Assembly (NCBI GenBank): GCA_030264375.1
Contig: JASCQW010000001.1
Span: forward strand, 109,996,445 to 110,060,444
Reading direction: 5' to 3'
Length of the DNA: 64,000 bases
From: Carcharhinus longimanus
Taxonomy: Eukaryota
Under the pieces are notes generated by a model that saw only the letters and a list, made by a program, of their open reading frames with translations, did not search any database and was not told where the DNA came from. Shown here piece by piece: positions 37,431 to 50,967 of this stretch. Position 1 is the first letter of the stretch, and every line of letters begins with the position of its first letter. The position numbers were made by a program, and so were the translations under genes.

Positions 37431-39918
37431 CTAGAGACAAGAGGTTCACCTAAACTCTGTCCTCCAGTATTGGGTTATCTAAATTATCTAGAATGGCTGA
37501 ACTGTCCTTTCTAGCCTTGACAGACCTGAAAATGACCCCTGGCATGGTGGTTTCAGGCAACCCTGTGATCAATGTCTGCATTCCTGCCAGTCAGTTGTGC
37601 AAATTCTGAAGTGGCTCAAACCCTTTAATCTACATGCTCCCTTGGCAGGATCTTAAATGATTGCGGCACTCCATTCTGCAGCAGAGATTTTCCTTTTCCC
37701 CTGAGGGAATGGTTCCAACTGTGCACTCAGCCCCAATATATGTATACAACTTTGATTTGAAGTTTCTGTGGCTTCCTAGAAAGTTGCATTATTTGAAACC
37801 CTCTCCATTCCAATGGAACCCTTTGATCTCTGACAAACTCAATGTGCATTGCCTTGAAAAAGATTCCATTGATAGCTCAATGGATTACTATCATCCTCCA
37901 GCTACCTGTGGTTATTCATTTCTCTTCATGCTCGAATGGGTCTCAAATACCCCATTGATCTGACCCCAATGTTCACAGAATTTAAGTCTGATTGACAGCC
38001 TGTGACCTCACTTCCTCTTTTGCTAACCACAATCATTTTGAAGAAATCACAGGCTGTCGATCAGGCCTGGCAGCAGCAGAGAGGCAGGTGGCCACCGGAC
38101 CTACCTCATCGAGCCCCCTCAGGACTCAAGGGTCTGGTCAGGTCAGGGTGTCGGTGCCAGGGTGCAAGGATGCAGGCTACTGTGGACACTGCCAAGGCGT
38201 GTGGGCCTGTGTTGGAGGTTTGAGGGACAAAGGAGACTGAATGGGGTATCTGACAGGGAAGCTGGCCTGATTGGAGAATGTGGGGAAGGGGGTCAGAGTT
38301 GGAGGGGGCTCTGAGGGGGAAGGGGGGGCTGAAAGGGGTATCTGAGAGAGGGAGATTTGAATGGAGTCACCCACATGCCTGTGGTATAGAGGGGGTTTAA
38401 CCTGTTATTTGTGAGTCGGGGGAAGGAAGCCCTTCTTTGCTGAGGTGTCGGTGGTGCTCCCCTAGTCAGTCGGTGGTTGGAGGGGTGGGGGTGGCTGGCG
38501 GGTTGCTTGAAATGAGCTCATTAGTATCTGTCAGGTGGATGAATCCCATCTGACAGACCCTGCCAATGGGAAATGTCTCCGCAGCGTGAGCATTTAACAT
38601 CAGAATGGGGAAATTCAGCCCTTAATGTTTCAATCTTTTCACTTCTGTCCTTGTGACCTTAATCTTCAGCCTGATTTTTATTTCTATGCCAGTAGAATAT
38701 TTCACTTTTTTATGTTCCTCAATAATTTGATTTTGATAGTTCTCTTTTTCTTTTTAATTGCATTTTTGACTCCCCTCCTTATTGTTTTGCACTCTTCCTT
38801 GTCACGCTTTCCCTTCCTGTTCATGTGCTTAATGTGTCCCTCATGTTTACCCTTGTTTTTTTCTTAAGTCCGTATTTGCCTGTACTCATTAGTGTTTAAT
38901 ATGTTCTACTTTTTAGCAGAACATATATTTTACTGGATGTTGTTGAGCTCCGCTTTACATATTTTCCTATTGCTGTTCCATGTCATTGTTTGCTAATATT
39001 TCTGTCCATTTTGTTTACTCAAGCTCTGCTCACAGGTCCTCAAAATCACCTTTCTCCAATTTATTACCCTTTATTATATCCTTTGAATTATCTTAAGACA
39101 CTTTATATTATGAGCATTTCTGTCTCAATCTTTCTCTGACTTGCTCTGGTCTATCCCTGATTGTTGGGTTCAGTACTAAATCCTCTCTTGTTAGATTTCT
39201 TACATACTACATTGGAAAGGTGTCTCATACACATGTAAGAATTCCATTGTTTCAACTACTCCTTCTGACCAGTTAATTTCAGGGTAGTTGAAATCTCTCA
39301 TGATTATTATACTTTTACTCATTCCCCTAAATTATTTGTGTATTTTCCTTCATTTCCCTTCCATTATTAGGTGGTTTGTGAGTGACCCCTTTCAAAGTGA
39401 TTGATCCTTTATTATTGTTTATCTCTTTCTACCTGGATTCTGTCTGTTTTACTTATAATAGGATTGTAATTTTTTTCTTTATTGTCAGTATGTGATCTCT
39501 AAAAAATAGTTACTCCACCTCTTATTTCTTTATCTTTTCTAAATATGCTAAACGTTTTAACTATTGTTATCATGTCTCAGTAACCCTGCTCTGTCTTCCC
39601 CTTTACAGCGTATTGTTGCTTCTAGTGCCTGTTTAATTGGTGTACAGACAGTTTAAATCAATTTTAATAGCAGCTCCTCTCATTTTATTTCTACCACCAT
39701 TTTTAAAGCTTGGTTTATTCTAGCCATTTCTGTCCTCTCTTAGTTTAGTCTGCTCTAACCTCCCTTTGCCTATTTGGTTAACTGCATAAGACCTAACGGA
39801 TGAACCTAATGTTAATGTCACCAAGTTGACCACAAACATGGACGGGACATCCTTGGGAACCTGGACTGATTTTTGTCTCCTGATCCAAGGATTGCTGAGA
39901 TTAGTGATTAAACCTTAT

Positions 39919-40226
39919 GGGGCAGCACTATAGGACAGTGGTTAGCACTTTGCCTCACAGCACCAAGGATCCAGGTTCAATTCCTGTCTGTGCAGAGTCT
40001 GTAGGTTCTCCCTGTATCTGCATGGGTTTTCTCCGGGTGCTCCAGTTTCATCCCACAGTCCAAAAGGTGTGCTGATTAGGTGCATTGGCCATGTCAAATT
40101 CTTCCTCAGTGTACCCAAACAGGTGCCAGAGTGTTGCGACTAAGGGATTTTCACAGTAACTTCACTGCAGTGTTGATGTAGGCCTACTTGTGATGCTAAT
40201 AAATAAACATTTTTTAAAAACTTTTT
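39919..40226 (+). mobile_element. V-SINE with alternative tail (same family as 5323-5620)
   Basis: HE1 head plus cctcagtgtacccaaacaggtgccagagtgttgcgactaagggattttcacagtaacttc...cctacttgtgatgctaataaataaac. Confidence 0.85.
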
Positions 40227-42269
40227 ACTCTGTATAGTTCAATGACTTATAGAATTAACCCATGAAAGGAGAGGTCTACTTAGTAGTTCAACACTAGGCA
40301 ATCAAATAATATAAGCCCTCTCAACTTTACCCCTCACCTGAAGTGTGGTGAACCTCAGGTTAAATCAGCACCAGTCAGTCAGCAAAGGGGAAGGCAGTCT
40401 ATTGTCATCTGGGACTATAGCGATTTTACCTTCCAATGTGAATACAACGTGAAAAGTTACTGTAATCTGAACCACATTCAATGCAAAATTTTTCCAGAGT
40501 TAAAGGAAAAAAATAAGAAGCAATGAATCAAATGAAACAGTTGATTTATTTATTTTACACAGGCTGTTTATCATCAAACTAGATACAAGTTATTAAACTG
40601 TTGCACACAAACCAATAGATTACCAGAATTAACTTCCAGATAGTCTAATGTACATACACACCTATTTGCGCTACACTGATGGTCTCAATAGTACAATTTT
40701 TGATCCCAACTCCTCCAGCACACAGACATGTCTGCAATTATATATTTTTATATACAGCACATTTGTGTATATCAGATCTTCTGCCAGAATATCTAACTGT
40801 CTTGAAAGGGCATTGAAGTTCAAAACTAGAAGGTTTAACCAAAAGAAAGACATGGCAAAGTGTAAAATTTAGGATGTGAGTTTAGGAGAAAAAAAGCTAA
40901 TAAATTAATTTGTCTGATGTAAAATTCAACAATTATGCTCATATGGTTTTAATTTTAATAAATGACAGCAATGGAATAAGATACAAGGAGCTGTAGAAAG
41001 CTGTTTACAATGCAAAATCATTTGGAGCCTTATTTGTGTTTATTTCAGATTAAAATAATGCTGGGTTGGAAAGGGATAGAGAAAAAGATCAAACTAAATA
41101 TAAATAAAATGCACAATTGTCACAAAAAATAAATTATCACAACATCTCCAACTGCTTTTGAGATCAATTGAAGACAACTTCCACTTAGGTGTCCTGTAGC
41201 AAGTCATATATGCAATACAATGGAATGCACAAGGTGATTAAACACATGGACTTTTACTCAATATTAATGTACCGATATCAGAGTTAGAATGGAAACCTAT
41301 GAATTGTAGTGGAGATCCACTTCCTTATCAAATAACGCTATTTCTCATTTTATTACTGTCACAGCCACTTGTACGTTTGATTCCTCTGTTCATTGCTTGC
41401 TAACTACTTCACAGTTCCATGTTGGTACCAATATTGGTGCTGCTAAACCATTAGTAACAATAAAACTAACTGAACCAGCGCAGTGTGACACTGATCTGTT
41501 ACAAAAAACACCCCAAAAAAGTTGTCCTGTACTTTTTCTATTCCTACAACAATTTTAACATTGCGACATATTGCAGGAGCCAAATTTGCTACATTTAAAA
41601 AAATATAAGTCGGCTCCTGAGAAAATCAATCATAGAAAAAGTATCAATGTTTTGCAAAACATTAACACAATATTGGACATTAGGATAATACTTAGCAGTG
41701 AATTCTCAGCAATATCAATGTTCCTATCTTGTGCAGCAGGAACATATGTAATATGGATTTTAATGCAAGAATTGCATCTCGGGAGACTCCACACAATTGC
41801 TGTTCCCTCTGAGGAGTGGCAAATTGGGGAATCCGTCCTCAGGAAACATTAGTCAGTCTTCCTACTGTAATCCATTCTTCTTCAGAGTCTCAAGACTGGA
41901 GATTTGTATGTCATATTATCTCTCTTCCTTGCCTACAATTAGTTCAGAAACACAGTCTGGGGGCCGCTGAATTGAAACGCCCTGATTTACCACATATTTC
42001 CAAACCTACCCTTCCAACAACTGTTTTTGCACCAAAATTTGTCGATGAAAAGAGTAATAATGGCTGGGATTTTCTGGCTCTGTAGTGGCAGGACCCACAG
42101 CAGAGGATATAGTGGGCCAGCCAAGTCCAACAACTTTTGGTAGGACTGGACAATCCCAGTGATGGGCAGGGCTGGAAAATCTTGCTCAATATTTTATTTT
42201 CCTTAAGCAATCGTCCAAGTTTACAGGATTTCCTCTCGGATTGTAAAGGGTATTTGGAAATATGCAAAT

Positions 42270-42836
42270 GATGTCTAAGTTGTACAGAGCGTTGGTCAGA
42301 CCCCATCTGCAGTACGGCTTTCAGTTCAGGGCACTGCACTTCAGGGAAAGTAGGAAAGGCTGGGAATACTTAGCACGTCAGGCTGCATCTGCGACCTGAC
42401 CTGCCAAGTATTTCCAGTATTTTATAGATTATCTAATGCATAGATCTAGTCTGTATTTCTTTGAGATTGAAGGTTGATCTCGTCAAAGCGTTTGAAATTG
42501 TAAATGGATTTGAAAGTTAGATAAAGTATTTCCTCTGGTGGAGAAATCCAGCACAAAAGGGCAGAGTTTAAAAATTAGAGTCAGGCAATTTAGGAGTGAA
42601 AGCAGGAAGTATATTTTCATGCAAAGGGAAATGGAAATCTGGAATATTTTCCACCAAAAGCTTTGCGTACTGGGTCAACTGAATTTTTCAAGACTAAGAT
42701 TGGCAGATTTTTGTTTGGAAAACGTATCACGGATTATGGAGCAAGGGTGGGTTAATGAAGCTGAGATGCAGATTAACTCTGATCTGACTGAATGGTGGAC
42801 AGGCTCAAAGCGCTGAATGGTTTACTCCTGTTTCTA
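42270..42836 (+). mobile_element. CR1 LINE 3' region, degenerate
   Basis: ttgtacagagcgttggtcagacccca; ORF remnant KGQSLKIRVRQFRSESRKYIFMQREMEIWN; tail cgctgaatggtttactcctgtttct. Confidence 0.75.
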
Positions 42837-45489
42837 GGTACTCCAGCGCATATTAACTTTTTGATCTGCAGGAAAAGGTGCAAATGATAATTAAACATAG
42901 ACTCGTACGCTTGGTCCTCACCAATATATATTCCACACACAAATTATTTCCATGTAATGCTGAAATATGCTACCTCATGCTTGACTGTATCATTTTTGGT
43001 TGGCAGGCAAGGCTCTCATTTAAGATACTTTTCCAAATGATATTCAATGTCATATGTTTCATGTGGTTGAACACAAATTTCAAGTGGTACTTGCTTAAAT
43101 GCCAAAGATGGCTTGGAATATATATGATATGAAGGAATAAAGCCAAATGATGATGGAACAGCAGTTTATAAGTTCAAGCATGGCATGTTTTGAACCCAAA
43201 CAGGGCAATTCGTCCCATGCGAGTCTAAAGAGGTTGCTCAGGTCCTCACTAAAGACACAATACAACAGATGACCTAGGATTATGCTGGTGTGGGCAGGTT
43301 TTGTCTGAGGAAGATTGCAGAAAGATAGTTACTGCAACAAAGAGCTACTTTTATACTTTAACATTATTAGTATTTCATTTTGAGGACAAAACTGACAAAG
43401 TACTGTTGTTTCTGCATTCAGACAAATACTTAGCACATTTGGATGCCATGTGTACTTAATATTAATACATATGTAAACTGGTTTAAAATGAACGGATTAG
43501 TATTTAAGCCAAAACTGCAGACAAAGAGATGTTATTCATTTGCTAATAAAAGATTACTTTCTCTGAAGAAAGTGCTGTAACAAGAAAGATCTTGAAATTA
43601 GACTCAAAAATCGAGCAGATTATTTCAGTAATTTTGAAATTTACCTTTGTAATTGTTTTCTATCTTCACATCAGGATAAAAATACATATCAAAATATATT
43701 AAATGTTTACACCCCACGCAGATTCAAACACATTTATGCTGGAAAATGTACCAAACTAATACCAAAGGTCACTGGGAGATAATAATGCACATGATGTACA
43801 CTATGTCCACTTTTAAAACTGCTGTTACACCATCATTTATTTATTGATCACATTTGATAACCCTGTAAGTGGGGACAATGTGATTCTTTCTGTGACCCCC
43901 TACACTCCATGTAGAGAGCTTGACCCTCAAAGAGTACAAGTCAGTGATAGGGTGCAACAGTTCAATAACCTGCACTTTAAATGAGCATGGGTCCTCACTG
44001 GGAATGTGGAATATTAAAATTAACATAATGTGCTCCAGGTAAGAAAGATGCAGATTTATTTTACATCAAAAGTGCTTTAAAAATGCTGCCTGTTGTTGCT
44101 GGCATTACATCTGTGGAACCTTCACTCAGTAGCCATTCACAAAGGCTTTGGAAAGGATTTTCGAGCCCTGTTGTGGCAGTGGTGAGATTGGAAAGTAGGA
44201 CAAACCCTTCAAAAGCTTGGTCACGTCTGGAAGATCCCACCAGCAGCAGAGGCCACAAAGTCTCACCACTTATGTATTTAGACTGACTATATCATTACTA
44301 GATTTTCACCCCTTCATGAAGTCATATTTTTAAGAAGTGCTTTCTAAAGATCGACAGTTTCCTTTTGGCTGCTGCTACCATGAGTCAGCAAAACTATCAA
44401 TCATCATTTTCCAAATTTCGAGAGAAGTTCTCCACCATGTATTTCATTCAATGTGAATGAGACAACAAAGTAAAATCAAACAATTATGGTTAATGCTGAA
44501 AAATTAATGGCTGAATGAATGTTGGAAGGCTCAGTTTGTAGGCAGCAACAGAAAGTAAAATTACTTCTAAGGTAGTAAATATCAGTCTGTGGGCGTCCTG
44601 CTGTGAGATATATTTGCTGATTTTATGGGAGCTGTTTCTATGGGCGGAATCTTTCTGATGCGTCAGTGGTCTTGCCGGCCAGGTGGAGAGCTGAACCACA
44701 CACAAATCAGGCAAAGGTGAGCTCAGTTCAAGACCCCAGGACCAACCGATTTGCCTACCGCTAGCTGCCAGCTAAATAGAGGCCGGCAGGTCTTGTGCTT
44801 AGCAGCTTTACTGGGGAGGACAAAATTACTTTTAGAAGAACAGGCACCGGAGTCCCAGGATCACACAGCAACCCAGGCCTCAGTTAAGTAATGTGGGTTC
44901 GTGGGGAGGAGTGCAGTGGGTTGATTGCAAGGGCTGGGGGATGGCTCTCAGCAACATTGAATGCCTTTGATCAAGTGAATATGGCAGCACAGTTTTACCT
45001 GTCCGGCAAGTCACATGGTGACAGGCCTGCAGCTGGGTTAATACCAGTGATGGCGGGATGGTACCTTTAAGTGCTCCTTAATTGCCAACTAAAGGGCCTC
45101 AGTTGGCCAAGACACAGGAAGATTGACTTATGGATTTTCCCATTCAGAACTTAATTCTGGCAGGGAAGGTGGCAGGATCTGATAACACCACCATCTTGCT
45201 TATGTAAATACCCTTCCTACCTTCAAGCTCGCCACCAGAGAAAGCACAAGATTCTGACTTTGTTCTGGTGTTTGGAGGAATCTCAGCTGTTGTTGCAAAG
45301 ATTGGAAAGTTGTATACAACGTGCCTATGCTATTCTGAAATACCTGTTGGCAGGTGAAACTCCCCAGTGCATATTTGAAAAAATAACCCATTATACAATA
45401 GTGTAACTTTTCCACTAACATGTAGTCAAAGGTATCATCTTGGTTTATGCTCTCTTGGAGGAATAGTCAAAGGACTGGCCAAAGATGAC

Positions 45490-45950
45490 ACTTATCCTTC
45501 ATTCTTAGAATGTGAGCTTTGCTGGTAAGGCCAGCATTTAGTGTCAATCCCCTACTAGCCTTGAGGTGGTGGTGATGAGCTTGAACAACTGCAGTCCGCG
45601 TGGTGTAGATACACCCATGATGCTTTTTTAAAAAGTGCATAATACAACTTAAAACTTGCTATACCATTTTTGAGGACAATTGAAGTCAACCACATTGTGG
45701 ACTTGGAGTCACACATAGGCCAGACCAGGTAAGGATGACCGATTGCATTCTCTGAAGGATATAAGTGAAGACAAGATGGGTTTTTACAACATATAGATTA
45801 TTCATGAGATTAGTCTTCTTTTTCCAGATTTATCAATTGAATTCAAATGCTATTAGCTATCATGGTGGTAAGATTTGAACTCTTATCTCTAGAGTATTCA
45901 TGTAGGCCTCTGGGTGACTAGCCAAGTGACATTACCACTCTGTCACTGTC
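45490..45950 (-). mobile_element. LF-SINE-related / CR1 5'-type shark SINE
   Basis: Reverse complement of the element at 56615-56945 (ggagtcacacataggccagaccaggtaaggat; gacattaccact). Confidence 0.55.
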
Positions 45951-46970
45951 CTGATAGCCTGCTTTTTAAAATTGTTTCCAATGTAAAATCCATTAGTTTG
46001 CATTGGGTAACAGTCATTTTTCCCTTTGGTTCAGGAGATATTGAGAAGAGTAATAAAAATGATCTAGAATGGTTGCAGCACTGACTCTACGACTGCCTTT
46101 ATGGAACCTTGGATTGATCTTATCCATGTATAATATCATTTCTGATAACTTTAGCGCACCACCTTTGAACAGCCTAAATTGTTACATCACAAAATTTTGC
46201 TCCGGTGCCAAAAAACCATCTTAAATAGCAACAGAACAAAACTATGAGTCAGCAAAATCACACTTACAGCAGTGACGGATATAAAACTTGTTGGGATGGT
46301 GTAAAAAAACATATAATAGGGCCTCTAACTTCAATGAGGTAAATATTATTGGTCAAACTATTTTTAACTCATCAATGTCTTAAACATTGTTTGTAGATCT
46401 AACTTCCCCACTGTCCAAACATATTTGTGTGAATTAAAAAGGATATAAATTGATTTGCTTCCTGTGCTATTCAGTATTGCATTTTGTAAGGTTGTTTAAG
46501 AGACTGAGCCAGATTAATTTAGTCGTTATCTGCCTGAGGGCAACAAACTGAATTAATATTCAAAATTTGACATCTCTTATTCATCAATTATATACCTGAA
46601 GCAAAAAAAACCACATTTTAACAAGGACAGTCAGTGCTTACAGTTCACGATTTACAGCTAGTTCGAGCACTGTAGACTATTTCTGTGGCTATGACCACTG
46701 CTTTATCATACTGATATCTGCTTATAATAGATCAGGAACAGAATAACTACACAAAGGCAATACAACTGTACAAGTTTTGTTCTGCAGTTACATATCTGAG
46801 AATTTGTTACTCCAGAATACACATTCTCTGGCAGATAACCAAAGGAACTTTCATCTCTGGGGTTTGAAGTTAAAATAATCTTTGGATGTGTTTCTGCTGA
46901 GTTCACATACCTGGGAATTTACAGGAGAAATGTACTGTCTGACTGCTGTTGTTTTTTTTTGCTGCTTGTG

Positions 46971-47299
46971 GGGATGGCATGGTGACACAGTGGTTAGCAC
47001 TGTTGCCTCACAGTGCCAGGGACCTGGGTTCAATTTCAACCTTGGGTGACTGTGTGGATTTTGTAGTTCTCCCTGTGTTATTGGTTAGGTGGATTGGCTA
47101 TGCCAAATTGCCTATGCCAAATTGCCTCTCCGTGTCCCAAGATGTTAGATTAGATGGATTAGCGATGGTAAATGCTTGGGGTTATCAGGATAAGGTGGGG
47201 AAGAGGGTCTAGATAAGATATTCTATCAGAGGATTGGTGCAGACTTGATGGATCAATTGGCCTTCTCCTGTGTTGTAGGGATTCTATAAGTCTATGATT
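46971..47299 (+). mobile_element. HE1-type V-SINE with internal deletion and a short tandem duplication (ctatgccaaattgc x2)
   Basis: Head ggtgacacagtggttagcactgttgcctcacag; tail gggattctataagtctatg. Confidence 0.85.
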
Positions 47300-49661
47300 A
47301 TAACAAGAGGTTGGAACAACCATGTGGAATACTTGGAGTGTAATAGGGATCTGGAGATGCTCACATCTGTTAAGGACTCTGCAGTTTGAAACACCAATCA
47401 CAGATTTATACAAGGGTCTATGCTATTGCTTGCAAGAGCTGTTCAGCAAAATGGGAAAAGGTTGGAGATCAACAACATCACAGCATTTATCTGCAATTGC
47501 AGTTTTGCAACTTCCTTTAAGAAAAGATGTTTCGAGGAGTATTTAAAAAAGTATGGGGTATTTTTTCAAAATCTTGCTCCTGCTTCATTTTCGCTCAAGC
47601 ATCTGGCTGCAGCAGAACCAAAAGGCAGTAAGGGCTCGTCCACCTCAACTTGCCAGTTTTGATGTCTTAATTTTCAAATGGACTTAAATTCCGCTGGTCA
47701 GAAACAGGTAGGTGTTTCATGTACACATGGAAATCAGGGCAAATGGTACCATTTAGACTCCACTTGAATGTACCCAGTTATTGTTCTGGTCCACCAGCCA
47801 CAGGCAGTACAAATTGAAAGGGGTGAATTTCCAGCAATCTTGAATGTAATCCATAGCTGCTGTCAGGTGAAGCCGAATTAAGCTTTCAAAGATTTTTTTC
47901 TGGCAGTCCCTTGGGAGCTTTTTGCCTCAACAAATTTTAAAATTTATGTACTCACAGTAGGTTCAGCACTCAAGTTCATGCTGCTCCACATTCTCTGTTT
48001 TCAATCAAAAGTACACTTTCCATCTAATCTGCTGCTGTGGTCCCCTGGTGAGTGGCTGTACTGCCCAGCATCTTACGTCCAGGTTGGCAAGTTGCCTACT
48101 CTGAGAACGTTTTGCTTTGTCAGCTTGGAAGCTGCATGATAACAAGGAGGACCCCACGCTGACTCTTCAATGCATGCCTGCCACCTATTTATCATGTGCA
48201 GATAAAGAGTAACTTCCAATAGCTTTCACTTCACAATATCAGGTCCAGCTAAGTAACTCCTCATCAAAACTATCAAGTTCAACACACAGGTGTCTAAAGA
48301 GATATATCTTTTCATTTTTGTACCGGGTCTGAATAAATCATATGCGCCCACAGTCCAAACCTATATGCTGTAGTGTAGCGCGCACAAATCTTTCTCTTTG
48401 CTGCAATTCTCACCTCACATCCTGTTCTTCTGCAAAGAGACATCATGAATTGACTACCAGCTATTTGTACAATCTTTCAGTTATTAGGTATGTCTGAGAG
48501 AGAAAGGAAGAGAGGGATACACTTGTCATCCAGTACAATTACATTTGGTTCAGAGGAAGTAGTCACTGACATTTTATCAGCAGCTGTTAGGAGCATGCAA
48601 GATTGTTCTTACTCTGTGCTGTCTGTACGCTTCTGTTGGGATTTTATTTTGGATGGAACAATTGTTATTGATGACTATATCACCAAGTACTATTCCTAAA
48701 TGAGACATGAAGGTTCATTAATGATGGTCAGCTAATCAACCGCACTTCCCTCTCAGATGTATTCACATGTGAGTTAGTGGGTTCATTTCTGAGGAGACTG
48801 TTGCATCAGCACTAAACCTCGGGAAAGGATATTTAATTCATGGGCAACTGATGTAGCAGGTAGTTGGTAATCAGTTGAAACTGTCATTTCTTAATATCCA
48901 AACCAAAATGATTGGAAACTCTGGTGATTTAAAACGTAAGTGTAAAATGGCAAGATTATGACATTGGATTAATTTAAATGCATGGCAGTAAAAGTAACAT
49001 AGTGCAATTTTTTTTTCAGATACCAGACAGTTAACCAGCACTGCACTGGTTTGATTTACAAAAAAAAACAGTCACATTTTTCTGTCCTTACAATAAATTC
49101 AATCCTCAGTAAGGGGAAGGGTAGGTGGGTGGGGCTGGGAAGGGAGGAGGGGGTGGGAGGAGTGTGCAGACTGAACCCTGACTTAACATCACCAGTTTAA
49201 CATATAACTCAGCCACAGGCTGTTGACCCACATTTCCTTGACTGCTGTCAACTTCACATTACCACATGCCAGCATATGGAAAGATTAAAGAATACTTTGT
49301 TTGTAGAGGTATAGTAGAAAGTTGCTTTTTTTTTGGCAGTCACTCCTAGCTCAGGAGATGGAGTTGGGGTGCTGTGTGTCGGGACCGATCATAGGACAAT
49401 TGCTATTTGCTTCCAGCTTTCCAACAACAACTATCTCATCACTTTTTGCAATTCTTCCCTCAGCCAAGATGGCAGTGGCAGACCCAGTCTATAGAACAGC
49501 TTGGACAGTTCAATATTGTGGTCCTTGTAGTATCGCGAGAGGAATGTTCTAGACTATAAAGGGGAAAAGAGAACAAAAAAGAAACACATCATTCAAACAA
49601 AAGAACCAGCTCATGTTTCAGCTCATCCAAATCTACACAGCTTATACCTCGGAATTGGAAT

Positions 49662-49973
49662 TATAGAATTTAACATTGCGGAGGAGGCCATTTGGCCCAT
49701 CGACTCTGCACCTGCCACAATCCCACCCAGGCCCTATTCCCATAACCCCATGCATTTACCCTAGCTAATCTCCCTGATACTAAGGGGCAATTTAGCATGG
49801 CCAATCCACCTAACCTGCACATCTTTGGACTGTGGGAGGAAACTGGAGCACCCGGAAGAAACTCACGCAGACACAGGGAGAACGTGCAGACTCCGCACAG
49901 ACAGTGACCCAAGCTGGGAATCAAACCCGGGTCCCTGGAGTTGTGAGGCAGCAGTGCTAACCACTGTGCCACC
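49662..49973 (-). mobile_element. HE1-type V-SINE, near-consensus
   Basis: Full-length reverse HE1 with many CpGs retained. Confidence 0.92.
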
Positions 49974-50684
49974 TATATCAGTGTGGCCTCAGCTGAATTT
50001 GGCTGATATGTAAGTGGACTGCTAGCCAGGAAGATATGGAAATTCACTTTTTTTTGGGGGTTAATTGTTTGTGTTGAAGGGTGAGGGTTGCTAGTGCAGA
50101 GGAACAAAAGTTTGTTTTTTAAATGGCCAGGTATCTTATTTTGATGTTAAGCACCCTGAGGCCACAGTGAGATATCAAATAAAACTTTTTGTACCAGGTT
50201 TTGACCCTCTGTTTTCACCCCACACCTCCGTAAAGCACCTCGCACTCACTCCGCGAGTGTGACACATTCCTAAGGCAGCCACTTTCTGTTTTGTCGGCCA
50301 GTTGGTGAGGAATTAGGGGCAAGAACTGTGCTGCATAGGCGTCTAAAGAATTGGATGGAGCATCCAAGCATTGCCAGTCCTAAGCTTGCTGAAACAATGA
50401 GCCATATTTCCCCCGCCGTGAGATCTTAACATTGCCGCAACTGTGCCCGTCAATGAGCAGTTGTCAGCCGCTGTTAATATCGCCTCCACCACGAGCCTGT
50501 TCCGACAGCCCTTTTAGCTTTATGAGCTCAAGCATTATTACTCGATCGGTTGACATGATTTGCACTGAACACTGCTTGCTTTGTGCATGAATTAGTTGTG
50601 GAATGTGAATTTGGTTCTTCTTGCCAAGAGCATGGTGAGCTTGCTGTCCGAGGCTGGCAATAACGGTGGTCTTACTTTCCACAG

Positions 50685-50912
50685 GCCTGAAGACCATCGT
50701 GGGTGCCCTAATCCAGTCTGTAAAGAAACTGTCTGATGTGATGATCTTGACGGTGTTTTGCCTGAGTGTCTTTGCCCTGATTGGACTGCAATTGTTTATG
50801 GGCAACCTGAGGCAAAAGTGTGTCATTTGGCCCCCCAATCCATCATTTCTTAACGCAACAGATGAAAATGGAACGAGGATTTTTGATTTTACAGACTACA
50901 TCATGAATGACA
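50685..50912 (+). CDS. Voltage-gated sodium channel alpha subunit (Nav; SCN4A/SCN8A-like) internal exon, DI S4-S5 linker/S5/pore-loop start; appears isolated, possibly an orphan fragment
   Basis: Acceptor cttactttccacag|GC and donor GACA|gtaagc; 228 nt, phase 1-1. Encodes [76 protein letters not shown], the canonical Nav coding exon 6 with the same boundaries. The paralogue cannot be called confidently by eye. Confidence 0.9.
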
Positions 50913-50967
50913 GTAAGCACTTTACATTCTTGATACATGTTTCTGTTTTTTTTTGTGTGAAGAAAAG

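Noticed and set aside
39075-39084. ATATCCTTT resembling the U12 AT-AC donor found in Nav genes
   Set aside because: The upstream sequence does not encode the Nav exon ending ...IKILVHS.
3100-50000. NDST3/4 terminal exons on the minus strand, expected from mammalian synteny
   Set aside because: No NDST-like translation was recognised in the window.
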